Shown here piece after piece: positions 26,801-39,300 of a stretch of DNA of 64,000 bases (the first letter of the stretch is position 1; each line of letters starts with the position of its first letter). Both the position numbers and the translations under genes were made by a program. The stretch comes from Phoronis australis (taxonomy: Eukaryota > Animalia > Phoronida), in assembly GCA_002633005.1 (NCBI GenBank), contig NMRA01000003.1, positions 1,428,152 to 1,492,151 of the forward strand, in the 5' to 3' direction. The notes beneath the pieces were generated by a model. The model was given only the letters and a program-made list of their open reading frames with translations. It did no database searches and had not been told where the DNA came from.

Positions 26801-29800
26801 AGACTGGAAATTTCAAAGTACTTGCGATTAGGCAGATCGTATGTGCACTTTTGTATAACAATTATCATCAATAACACACTGTAGTAGTTAGGAAACTTAC
26901 CAAAAACTCTTGTGCTCTTTCGGTTCTGCACAGGCAATTACGCTAATGTGATGGAGTGGTGAGTCAAAGTTAGCTAACAGATCAACACCAACTGAAACAA
27001 TATTTAATACCAATTCAGTTTTATATTGAAGTTTTCTTGACGCGTTTGAGAGGACCTCGGCCAAAGGGCATAGGGAAAATGTCAAAGATCATAGGGTGGA
27101 CCCGGAAGTGACATCATCCTCATACAGGAAGGAAGTAAAAATGAGGTCGTAGGTCAAGGTTAAATAGGTCATATTAAACCCGGCAGTGACGTCACCTCTT
27201 TGTTTTCGAAAGCGACCTCGGTCAAAGATCATGCGCGTAAGCGGAGGTTAAACCGCAAGGTCATGTTTCAGGCGTCTCCTGACCAACCCATGTTGTTGCT
27301 ACTATTGAAGTGTGCACACGTGCACTCAGATACAGAGGGCTAGAGTGTGCGTGCAATTAAGCGTGCAATTAAGCGATCTTTCCCGGTGCTACCTTTCGGG
27401 AGGCGCTGTAAAGGAAACAGCAAAAACAGCTGAGGAATTCCGGATGTCGTGAAAGCCATATGGGATTTTATCGGCACTCTATGAACAAATGACAATCCAT
27501 CAAGGGCAAGTTGCTGTACAAAATACATCAATATATTTTTAAAGGCGAAGGCAACCTTTTTTCATGTCACTTTTAGGAAAAATAAGGTTCGTTGATTATC
27601 CCAGACACATTTTTCACTTAATTACAGCTTTTCGTAAATTGATTAATTTCTCGTCCTCTACTCCGGAAGTGACGTTTTGGAAGGCAAGAGTTTCGCGCCG
27701 ACTTCTTTTCATTATAGTCTGACTGTGAGGGCTGTTGAGTCACTCTTGTTCTACCTCGGTTGTGATAAGTTCGGTCGTCATTTGCTTTTGTTTACAAGTC
27801 AGTCAACATGCTACGGCGCTGTTGCTGCGTGCCGGGATGTACTCATTATCGTCTCACAGGTACTTTGGGTACCTTGCGTCGCTTTCCGAAGGATGACACA
27901 CTTCGCCGTACTTGGCTAGCTCGCTCATGACATTGACGAAGGTCCCTGCGAAACAACGCCTGAAGAAGGGTACCATACTGTCGCTGGCTCCGACTGCTTC
28001 GCTCTGAAAAGTCTGTGATCCAGTATCCAATGAAATGTGACCTGTATGGACTATGGTGTCATAACACCTTGAGAATTTTTGTAGTGTGTTAGAATGAACT
28101 TTAGTATCATTCACGTTTAAGCATCAATAGATTTCTTTTCTGTTTTTAGTCGTCACAATATCTCATTAGTCTAGTCACTTTCATAGGTTAGATTTTCGCG
28201 ACAGCTGTTGTTGAATAATGAGTGAGGAAAAAAGCGATTACATATACAATGACCACGACGGCATGTGGCGCTAGTGTACGCAAAATAACGAATCCACCTT
28301 TCGTTTCCATGCTCGATCAGTTGAATTCTACAAATTAGTATTCAAAAATAAAGTCTGTTTAGGGTTAGAACTGCTGGGCGGTGGACAGTGTCACGCCCTA
28401 TATACATGACGACGCCAGCCATCAAGTGACTTCTGATTCGATTATGAACTCGTTTTCACTTCTTTCCGGTTTACTGAGGTGGCACTGAACAGTTAGGCTG
28501 CAGCCACGGGGCATTTTCTAGTCCCTGGAATTTATGTGCAGGGCGTATGTCAAGTTTGACTGGTTGTTCGAGGAATTTGTTGAAAACAAATACCAGGAAA
28601 CTGATTTACTTGTGTTTTTGAATGAGAAAATCCAAGTTTTTTTAGCCGTGACCAACTTTTGATGCAAAACGGTGGCTGTCATTTGCTTTCAACCCCTGTC
28701 GCTTGCTGTCCGAGAAACCGGGGGCAATTTCAGGTGGCTGTCAGACAGATCAAAATTGCCAAAAAGTAGCTGGTAATGGGCATACTATGACCACAATTTT
28801 AGAATCTAGAGAGTGCGAGCATTCTGAATCTGTCACCGGATTTTTTCTAACACTTGAAGGGGAGTGGCAATTTTGGGGAGAAAACTGTCAAATTTGATGT
28901 TTTTTGGTGATATTTTTGTGTGCCGGGATTTTTTGCCGATGCGATTTAACCGATTAAAAATCTGTGGCGTAAGTAAGTTTCAGTTGTCACGCGTAGTGCT
29001 TTTGAGTTGGAAATGCTACAAAACCCTTTGTTTTTTCAGGCACTCGATTAGTACGTGAGGAAAGGGCCCATTTGCAATTCGGTGTGTGTCGGCAGCCAAA
29101 AGCCTGTTGTAACTGTAGTGTGCCCCATGATGATTTGCAGTTTACATTTTATACTTTCGTTCTTTGACCGAGGTCCCACTCGAACACAGAGAGATGACGT
29201 CACTTCTGGGTCTAATATCTAACCTACTGTATCTAACATTGACCCGTGTCCTCATTTTTACTCGCTTCGGTTTACCTATGAAGTCACTTCCAGGTCCACC
29301 TTTGCTCTATCACCTTTGACCTTTTACCGAAGTCCCTCTTACACGTGTCACAGCTAGGGCACCCTATTTCTAACCGTTGACTGAGAATCTCTGTTGCTTT
29401 CAGAGATTTCAGACTTTTCTCGCTACATCGTCTTTAAATACTCATAAACCAACTCAGACATGTTTCCAAATAATGCAACAAGGTAGATTTTTTTGCTTTC
29501 CGCTAGTCGAGCGGAAGTGCGCTGAACTTTGTGGCTGGCGCGAAGGAACACGTGCACAACCAGCAGGAACTAGGACAATATTGAAGAAGTGGATCTGAAA
29601 TGCTAAAATCTTTCGGTTGAGGAAATCGTTTGATGTTGTCAGCAAGCAAAGGAAAAGGATACCTAGGTTCAATCAAATATTCTAAAATACATTAAATTTC
29701 AGAGTAACAACATTAAGGTCGCTTTGGAAACTTCAAGGAGATAATTTCCTTTGATATCGTGCGCCTGTTGCCCGGTCTACTACTATACCCACCTATGTAC

Positions 29801-32800
29801 AGTGGTTGAGGTGTCTGGATCTTCTGTGAATGACACTTCCACGCGTAAGCCTGTGGAAAAGGAAAAAAAATCAGTTGATGATCGGGTATGACCGCCACTT
29901 TAGTGATTACGTCGGCTACGATAACAAAACAACAATAAGAGCAACAACTATTACTGTTGTTGTTTCATGTTAGCCACTACCACTATTACGTCATCACGAT
30001 CATATGCATATTCATGTAATCCTCATTACCAGTATCATCGCCATCATGATCTTTACCATCAATATTGTCATCATCGCTACCTCATCATCAACAATTTCAT
30101 CATCACCACATCCTTAGCATTATAATCACCATCATCTTTACAATCGCCATCGCCGTATCATCACCGTCGTCGTCGTCATCACCATCATCGATGTATTGAT
30201 GGTTTGGCCACATGTTGCTGTGCATCGTTTCGTGTGGCAAGCAGCAGTAGATGGACCTCTAGCTTTGATAAGTACTCCGCTTTCAGTTGTCACCGCTGAC
30301 CGGCCTTGTCCGTCAGTACGTAGGTTCTCCTACAAGAATACCATCAGTGGTTCTAGCTACATGGTAACATACATGTACTTGCTGGGTAAGAACCCAGGCT
30401 GAATTATGCGGTACCAGGTTCGTCGCTTAAAAAAGCTGGCTAACGGAAACATTTTCAGAACTCGGACTGCTGACGTTATAACTCGTGAACAGAGTATTCA
30501 TTCCCTCCTTTACTTTAATTAAATGCGATGAAAGAAAAACAACTGATGTGGTGGACACTTGCTCTGTAGAATCATTCTATTTTAAGGGGTAGCTAAAGCG
30601 GTTGATGCGGTGTACACTCGCCGTACATATCTACTTGGATCAAATCCCGAGCGTGAAGAACAGAGAAATGCAGATTACATGACAACGTACTTTTGTCACA
30701 TCTAAGCAGAATTTTAAGCAGCGAGAGGAAGATACCTCTGAAGTGGACACTTTTTTCTGGGGAATCACACGATCCGCCCGCACTGGGACAGAAGTGAGAG
30801 TGAAATGACAAGACTTCCTCTGAGGAATCACTAATAGTCTTTTGTGCAGATGATCAGATGAGATGACCAAGCAAGCGGAAGCAGTGATGGCCCGGTTGTG
30901 ACGCTATCCAGTGCGGGGTGATTCAGGGGGCTTAACACCCCCGGAACAGGATCAAAAATAAAAAAATAAAAAAATGCCAGGAAAACGAAATCGGCTACAA
31001 AAACCAAAAAATACACGGGAGGGGGTTTCCCCTACCCGACCTCCCCCGGCGCTACGCGCCTCGGATTCACGCGAATCATACTGAAAACGTAGATCTGCCA
31101 CTGCTATTTGTGGACAGTAAGCTAGTTTAAATGCCAACCCTGGAAGGCGGATTAACGTGATATTCCTTACTCAGTTACTCCTTCAAAGATTTTAAATGCT
31201 ATAAGTGGAAGTGCAGGGGTGGATCCAGGATTTTGAGTTGGGGGGGGCAGAGCAGAATATTAGCCAGGACTTTGACCGTCAGACATTCACACCCCCAACT
31301 GCCTAATGGAATATGGGACAATTTTAAGGGGGTGGGGCATGGCCCCCTTGACTCCCTCTAAATCCGCCACTGAAGCGATCCGGATGTGGACACTTGCTCG
31401 GGGAAAGCACTGTACTTTGCTTTGTGGAGTAGAAGGGGATTGAGGTGATAAACTTTGAGGAATCTGAGAAACGACGCAGCGACGTCAGTGGTTCGTCTGC
31501 AGAGTTATTGCCGTTATATTGCAGTGCATCGTTCCCGCTTGTCCGAACTATGAAGCTGCGAAGAAAGCGGGTATATCGTTTTTTCGACTTCCTCGAGAGC
31601 CCGGAATACTTAGGAAGTGGCGAAGAATGAAAAGTACGCTGTATTAATAGCAAGTATGAGGCCGTGAAACATCTCCGTGTCTGTGGCCGGCATTTCGTCG
31701 ACAGTGATTTCTCTGACGAATTCCCGGCTTTCCAAAGAACTATCCATACGTTCCATTGCCTGTGCATGTTCACGGCGCCTCTCTAGTATTTCTTGATCAG
31801 TGTATTCCGGTTCGAACTGATAGCCTGTGAAAGCTAACGATCCGACCTGTGAAGTCTTCGTCGGATGAGCTCTTGACTAAGTCGGGATTGGCGCCGGGCG
31901 AGTTGCCATGTAGACGTTTATTATTCTGCGTTCTGTTTCAAAATGAATTATTCTCATACTAACCAATGCTTATATAAAACTGAAACAAAGCCTGTCTCAT
32001 TAGATACAATTTGTAATGCCTTTGCAGTATTCGTGAGTGCAAATGTTGAGAAGCCAGCAATGAATAAATCACTGCGTTACCGGCTTTTGATGCCGGCAAT
32101 AAAGGTACGGGCACCGAGGCCGTTTGAGAGCATGCTAATTCAGTGTTTGCTGACAGAAAGCTGTTGTGAAACAATTACTCGATTTTATATGTCACATATT
32201 AGGGGAATCTTTATTTAGAAATACAAATACATTATTCAAATCATTGTTACTGTACAACCTTTGCCCTGGAGTTCTGTGGAAGGGGAACCCGACTTCGCGG
32301 CCCCCCCGGCCCGACAAGTACGTGAGATTTTCAGTTTCGTGGCTTATTCACATAAATAATTACATGAACGTGCACATTATTTCTTTGGCTCACTAGTTTA
32401 GTCTCTTTGTGACTGGAGGTTTAGTTTCCAACTCATGCTGGTTTATGTTCGCGCCAGTCTCGGCGGCCTCCGAGTCGACGGGCCTGATCGGGTTCCGAGC
32501 CTTTGTTGGTCGGGATAACAAGCGTTTTGTGTGTTAATAACCCAAAAAAATCACAGGTACAACAGCACAGAACTAGGTTCTTCTGTCTGTATTTCACCGA
32601 AGAATACTTCGAGTTATGTCCGAACAGACTCCAAACTCCTGCTACGGACCTTGGTAAATTGGCCTGGCGAACTTCATTGTAGGCTACGGTGTGTCGAAAT
32701 ACCAATAAATCCGTAACAACCAAATAAAACTACACGTTTTTATGAGAATTCGGTTTGTATTTAAGGGTTTTACATCGAAGTTTGATGATTTATTGATGTT

Positions 32801-33367
32801 AAACGATGAATTCAAGCGATATGCTGACACCAGTAACCCGTGTTGTGAACTGCTGAACAGACTGCGTGTGAAACCAATAACGTCATTGGATAATTGTAAC
32901 ACCTCCGTCTGCCGTCAGGTGTCAGGTAACGCAACCGAACGGGCCGTTATCGAGTAAAACTACTCCACCTAATATGATACAAAATAGGTTGTTTTTTGGG
33001 TGGCATTCTCCTTTAACTTGGACCAAATGCCAAGCATCAATTGCAGAAGAATGTGTCCTACATGGTCGTGGACTTCTACAACCAGTCTCAGAGGTGACTA
33101 CATACAGACGAGAGGGTTCCAATCAGTAGTGTGCTGTGGGCACGACCTGTGTGGAGTCTGATACTATCACCATGATCAGCACCTTCATCATCAACATCAT
33201 TACCGACTTCATCATCGTCGTCGCCATCATCGTCATCATCATCATCGTCATCAACATTATCATTGTCACTGCTACAGTCATCGTCACCTTCATCATCATC
33301 ATTGTCGTCGTCGTTGATTGTCGTCACGGTAACTATTATTGTTGCTCTATTAATTATTATTATCATT

Positions 33368-33399
<32 letters not shown>

Positions 33400-36300
33400 G
33401 ATCATCATCATCACCATCATTATTATTATTGTTGTTGTCCCCGCGTTGTCGTTTTCTTCGTCGTCGTTGTCGTCGTCGTCATCGTTGTCGTGGTCATTGT
33501 CATTATCATTATCATGATTATTATTATTGTCGTGGTTGTTGTTATTATTAGCAATATTATTGTTGCTATTACTACTGGTGCTGGTGTTGATGGTTATCTT
33601 ATAGATGCTATGTTTTGACGTAAAATTTCGGGCTTGTTTCATTTCAAGCAAAGATCGCAAAAGCATATAGTTCATAAAAGTTGTGATTTTAAGCAATTGT
33701 ATGAGTAGCCTATTGACTTACACACTTTGCCATTATGTGCTTTTATTGTTCTCTCAAAAAGGAAATATCCCCGAGCACACTCTCTCCCACATAGTACATC
33801 ACATTTATATCCTTTTACTAGTTTTTCTAATAAATGTAATAGTTGTTACATGCGCACCATATATTGTTCCATTTTCCGTTTGTCACACGGTTTGTAGACG
33901 TTTGAAAGACAACTGTTATTTGGTGGCATTGACGCATTCACGATAAACTCAGCAAAAGGTTGATGGCTACACAATAAATCCAGTTCAAACTGTCTTCGGG
34001 GACTTAGAACAAAACACTCAGTTACCGCTTTAACATGATCTTGCTATTAAAGAATGAATTACCTCTTTCGGGTTGATACTATTATTTGGCCTCGATCAGT
34101 TCGACGCAGGAATTAATGGCAGTAGATGTAGATAATTAAACTGATGCTAATTATGAAGTTATATGATAAATCGTCTATAGATTAATTGCTTAGGTTTTGT
34201 TACACAATTTTATTTACCTGGTATTATTATGTCATTGAGTGGCTGAAAATAGATACAATACCAACGTAATATGAATTAAGCAACAGAAAAGTCTAATCGG
34301 TTATCGAAAGAGGCAAATCTCCAGCCAGCCGCCCGACTGACTCAATTCGCTTGTTTAGTATGACGTCATTGTGACGGTTTGGTCCCAGTCAAATAAATTG
34401 AAATTTCAAAATTAAAATCAGCAATCAGGCCAAGTTTTCGTATATTGTTGTAAATTATTAAGTACACCATTAATTCAAACACACAATTTTACTTAAAAAA
34501 ATCCAAGTGCTAAATTTCCCCCGTGCTTATTTGACCGGAAAAAATCCAATACCTGCAAAATGTAATGGTATTGCACGTTTCTATTCCTGCTATTTGTGGG
34601 GGCAGGTACGTCACCGACCACTAAACATCGGAAATGCTGTCCACTTGCGACGTAATAGGCGATCGTGCGACAAATTCCAGCTCATATTTTAGTCATTTGG
34701 ATGTGAATAAGAGTCTGGTTAGACTTGTGACATCGACGAGCGCACAAGTACTACATGGGCAGCGCAGCACTGAAATGAGTGGGGGGCTATAGCTCTCAGC
34801 GCCTTATGGTGCGTCGTCCATGTGACAATGGGCGTCGCTGCGCATTCCCCTATGGTGCGCCGCCCATGAATAGGCAGTAGCAGTTAGTGGTTGAAGCTCA
34901 TCATCACCAGCACAGGGTGGGACGGCAGTGTATTTTAACGTTGGCAGGAATGAAAGCCCCCGTTTTTTGTGCAATTCAACCGTTTAACAATTTCCGATTG
35001 ACCTAAGCGTGAGCGTGTACGCTAACCATCTGCTGCTATTCGTCACCGTGAAATATCTTCAGACGTTGGCTGTGACGTCTGTGACATAGTATATCCTGAA
35101 TACAATATTAATTTGGACGTGATATGAATGGAAACTACGGAAAACACTTTAATCATGTTGTCGATAGTAGTTCTATTGCAAAACAGTCGTCAAATCGTCG
35201 GTGAGCATGTAGTGAACAGCTTGAACGAACGCCAGCAAATCTTGGAACATCGTGTTCTGCATAACTCGTCCAGTTTTAGAATTAACCTTGAAACGAATAA
35301 GGCTAACCCGACAAAAATGAGTCACTCCGTCACAGTCAAAAAGAACAGAAAAGTACATAAAACTCATAGCGTATCTCATCTGCACGGGAGATACCCGTCT
35401 GTGCCTATCTTTATGCGCTTATCTGGACCCATGTGCCTGTGTAAAACAGCGTTTATATCCGGAAATAGGTGCGTGAACCTATATACGAAAAGCATGAACA
35501 ATATTTTGGGGAAACATACTTTTTCGGGACTGGGGGAAAAGGAATAAATACGCGCAAATGCTGTATGAAGAAAGTTTAAATGCATGGGTTTGTGTAAGAA
35601 ACACGTATGTGAATAAAACATGTTATGATTATTTGGAGTTAAGCCACGAATATAAAAGGACACTGGTTGTGGGTAGGCCATGAGAACAGAGTGGCATTGG
35701 TATCTACCACAGTACGAGTATCAGTGAGTGCATGGTGTTCGCAACGGGAGTCTGTGTTATCAGAGACTTGTAAATTGTACAATTACCGTAGCCTTACCAA
35801 ACTTGTCCGATGAAGAGACCCATTTATTCGTTAGTCTTTGGCCGAAAGTTGTCGCTGAAACCCAACTATCTGACCCAAAGAAATTGTTTGTCAGTTATGT
35901 AGTTTTGACTTTAAAAATGCCCATCTATGGTTTCTCCTTTTGTTTCCATTTCCATACGCGGCCCTATGTTCTAACTTGAGGCTTGTCTGGCTCCTCTGTT
36001 TACAGTTAGCTGTAGTGTAAATGTGTCCGAGTTCATTTTTAATAACAACGAAGGCTAGTTGCCAGTCAACATTAGAACACGTGCAAAATGGCTCAAATTT
36101 TCAAAATTATCATTTAAGTCAGGTTAACAAGTACTTAACACAATAATTTTTAATTAATTGCATGAAAGCCTATGATTGTTTGCGGAATTTCGTAAGTGTC
36201 TGGCGAACGATCGCCAATTCAGGGTTTCTTCTCGGAATCTTTAAAGTTTATGCATGAATGCAAAAATGCAGAATAATTAGCTTTGTCTACTTGAATAAAA

Positions 36301-39300
36301 ATTCACAGAAGTTCCGCATGAACGGGCGTATGGTTTGTGTTCTTCTAGTTTTTGCTTCACATGCACTGTATTGTGTAGTTCTGTTGACAAAATAATTCAC
36401 CCAATCAAACCTACATGAAAAATAATACCAGAGACCAAAATAAAAACGCTGTTTTCTGGTATAAGAACACTTACGGACGATATAAGCACTCAGTTGGTAA
36501 CCGAAGCGTTGGCGTTTTCATCTAATAATATTCTGGTACATTCTTAACAATTATTGACGTTTCCAGAAAGTACGAGGAGTAAGGAAACGCTGCACCATCT
36601 GCAGAAAACTCGCAGCTCCACATAATCTATTGACAATTTGAATGTTCATCTGCCAGTGACGCAATACTCACAACTAGCCAGTGCATGATCTCTTACACTG
36701 TTCTGACTGCCTTCTTACCGACAAACTGTATGTAATTGCCACCACATAGAAACTCAAATGGTTAAAGACAATTTGTTCGTGTATCATAAAACTGAGACGT
36801 GCAAGCAATTTCCTGCAATTTGATGAAAATGGTGTTTTTTCGCTGTCTGAATCAGAGTGAGACTATTTCAAGAAACTATGTTTATTCCGGTTTTAAATGA
36901 GCACGTGCGTCTTGATAGATATTGGCAAACGTAATAAAGAATAATTAGTTTTCTCTTGGTATTAGAAATCGATGTCAGATGCTTGCGAAATGCGCTTAGA
37001 CCGGTTTAATTACTAAATTCACAATTCAACCTGCACAATTAGCAGAAATTAGCTTGATATCACATATGTGGTTTTCTTTTGGGTTGCTGATAGCAGATTA
37101 CTATCGCTACCACAACGATGTTTTTGGAGAAACTCCATTTCCCGTTAATACTCCAAATGAACTCTCCTTTCACTAATTCAATATATTTCCAGTAGAAGTA
37201 TCCCTCTACCGTAAATATCAGACTGCATTCAAGTTTTAAAAAATCGACATAATTCCGATACATTCTTGTCCTAAATCATAAATTAAAAGAGTAATGATTC
37301 TTTGGACATTTGGAAGGCAGGAATAATGACAGAAGTAAACATTTATGACATTCATGAGCATGGACGTACTAATTCAACCAATCAAAAGCCAGGAATAATG
37401 ACAGTGATAAATATATATTGTTGTCATAAATGTTTCTTACTTTTATAATTATTTATTACTGTGCTTGTTCCTGTCTTTTGATTGGCTAAAGAATTATCAT
37501 TATAGCACACTTGCCCAGCGATACACGTGCGCGTGTGTACTTTAGAGTTTTAACTCTTGAGATACTCATCAGTGACACGCGGTCGCTATGTGCATCCTTG
37601 TAACTCTTCACTGAAGCACAAACAACACACTTTCTTTGAGGAAACTGTTGAATAATTGATGTAGAGTTCCGTGTAAGAGGCTTTTTGTCATTAATATAAT
37701 GCATTTATGCAAGCCTTCATACACTAAACATAACTCCTTAGATTACTTTTGGTAATTAAAGCATCACGGCGAACTGAATGCATCTTAAAATGGTCCTTTG
37801 TGTAACACTTCGACAATGACAAAGACGTCTTATGCAATTATCGCTATCTGCGTGTTTGCGGCTTGGTAATAAATACATCTTGCTGGAGTGAATGTCAATT
37901 CGTTACGAAATACTTGGATGCGTAAGTTTCATAACATAAAGTCAGCATACACAGGCGTAAAAAGCCCTGTTAGAACATGAGTAAGCATGTGAAGCACACA
38001 AAACGACGGCAGAAGACATGTCACCCAAAGGCGTATTAGACAGGGTAATTGCCCAACCCCTAGATTCAGGCAAAGTTAAGAAAACTTCTGACAAAACAAG
38101 AAATTAATGGGACAGGGGAGCATCCAATGAAAAAATACATAAAAAGCTCACAATAGTGAAGGTGGGTGGCTATGACCGGAGAGAAGATGGAATAGAGGAG
38201 ACCGAAGGAGAGAAACATTTGGCGACCAGGGAGGATTGATAGCGACCGTTGGGGCTGGCGATCGGGAAGGAGCGTGGAATTGGTGGCTTAGAAGGGTGAA
38301 AGTCTCTTACGTCTTTATTAGGACAGAGCTATGTCAAATGCCCCCAGACAGCCAAGTTGAGATACGCACATGTTCGAACCACACGACTGCTTCACAAACA
38401 TGGTTCTTTCATAGACTCCACGCCCGTGTACCGCATAGAAGGGTCAGTAAACTGTGCACGAGTATTTTTGGGTGCTTACATGTGGAGAATTTCTCGCTTA
38501 CACTGGTGACCACTCTAATTCCCTAAGCCCCAGACAACTTTTACGATGCCTATTCAGCACGCCCTTTGTATTGATGTAGATCTGAGCTAATGAAGTGGAA
38601 GGTAATAGCTAGCACTACTGTCTCAACAATGGTGGTCATTATTACACCCGAATTGGTTTTCTTTGACATTTGCAGAGTTATAGCCTGCAACTCCGGAGAA
38701 TAGTTTTTAACTTGGTACATTATAAATGTTACAAAATGACTAAAAATGTTAACTTGTGTTTATCTTCACAAAGGGCCACTTCCCAAAGGAACGATAAGTT
38801 TCATATTGGTTTTCTTTATTTAATTTTTGATGCTTCTGCCCACTTGTTTCTTTTTATTACCGGGAACGGGTTGATAACTTTTTATCCAAGTTTTGAACTT
38901 GAAGTACTAAAACAGTGGTAGATTTTGATCGCCAGCGAAACTTAATTAGTTAAGTTCATTGTGAACCCATCCCTAAACTTACCACATTACAGGTACACTA
39001 AACATTTCACGTGTCCTTAAAGTTTAATCTTTATTAGAACTCAAATCATAAAATATACACAAAAGTGCGAATAAGATGATAAACAAATTGAAGATTTGGA
39101 ATCTCTGGACAATTTCGGTGGCACTGGCTATATAACTATTCTAGCTTTTTGTCAGTAATAACAACAACTGTTTCTTGGTCAAAAATCTGGTTAAACGAGA
39201 TTGAAAGAATATTGAAAAATTAATCTATTTGATATTCATACTCTGATCAACGTTTGTATATCCACCGGGTATATCAATATGCACGGTAGTTTATCTTCAA

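Noticed and set aside
33088-33696. Long ORFs rich in D/N/M, H/I/V or S/I
   Set aside because: Artefacts of a trinucleotide microsatellite, open in several frames.
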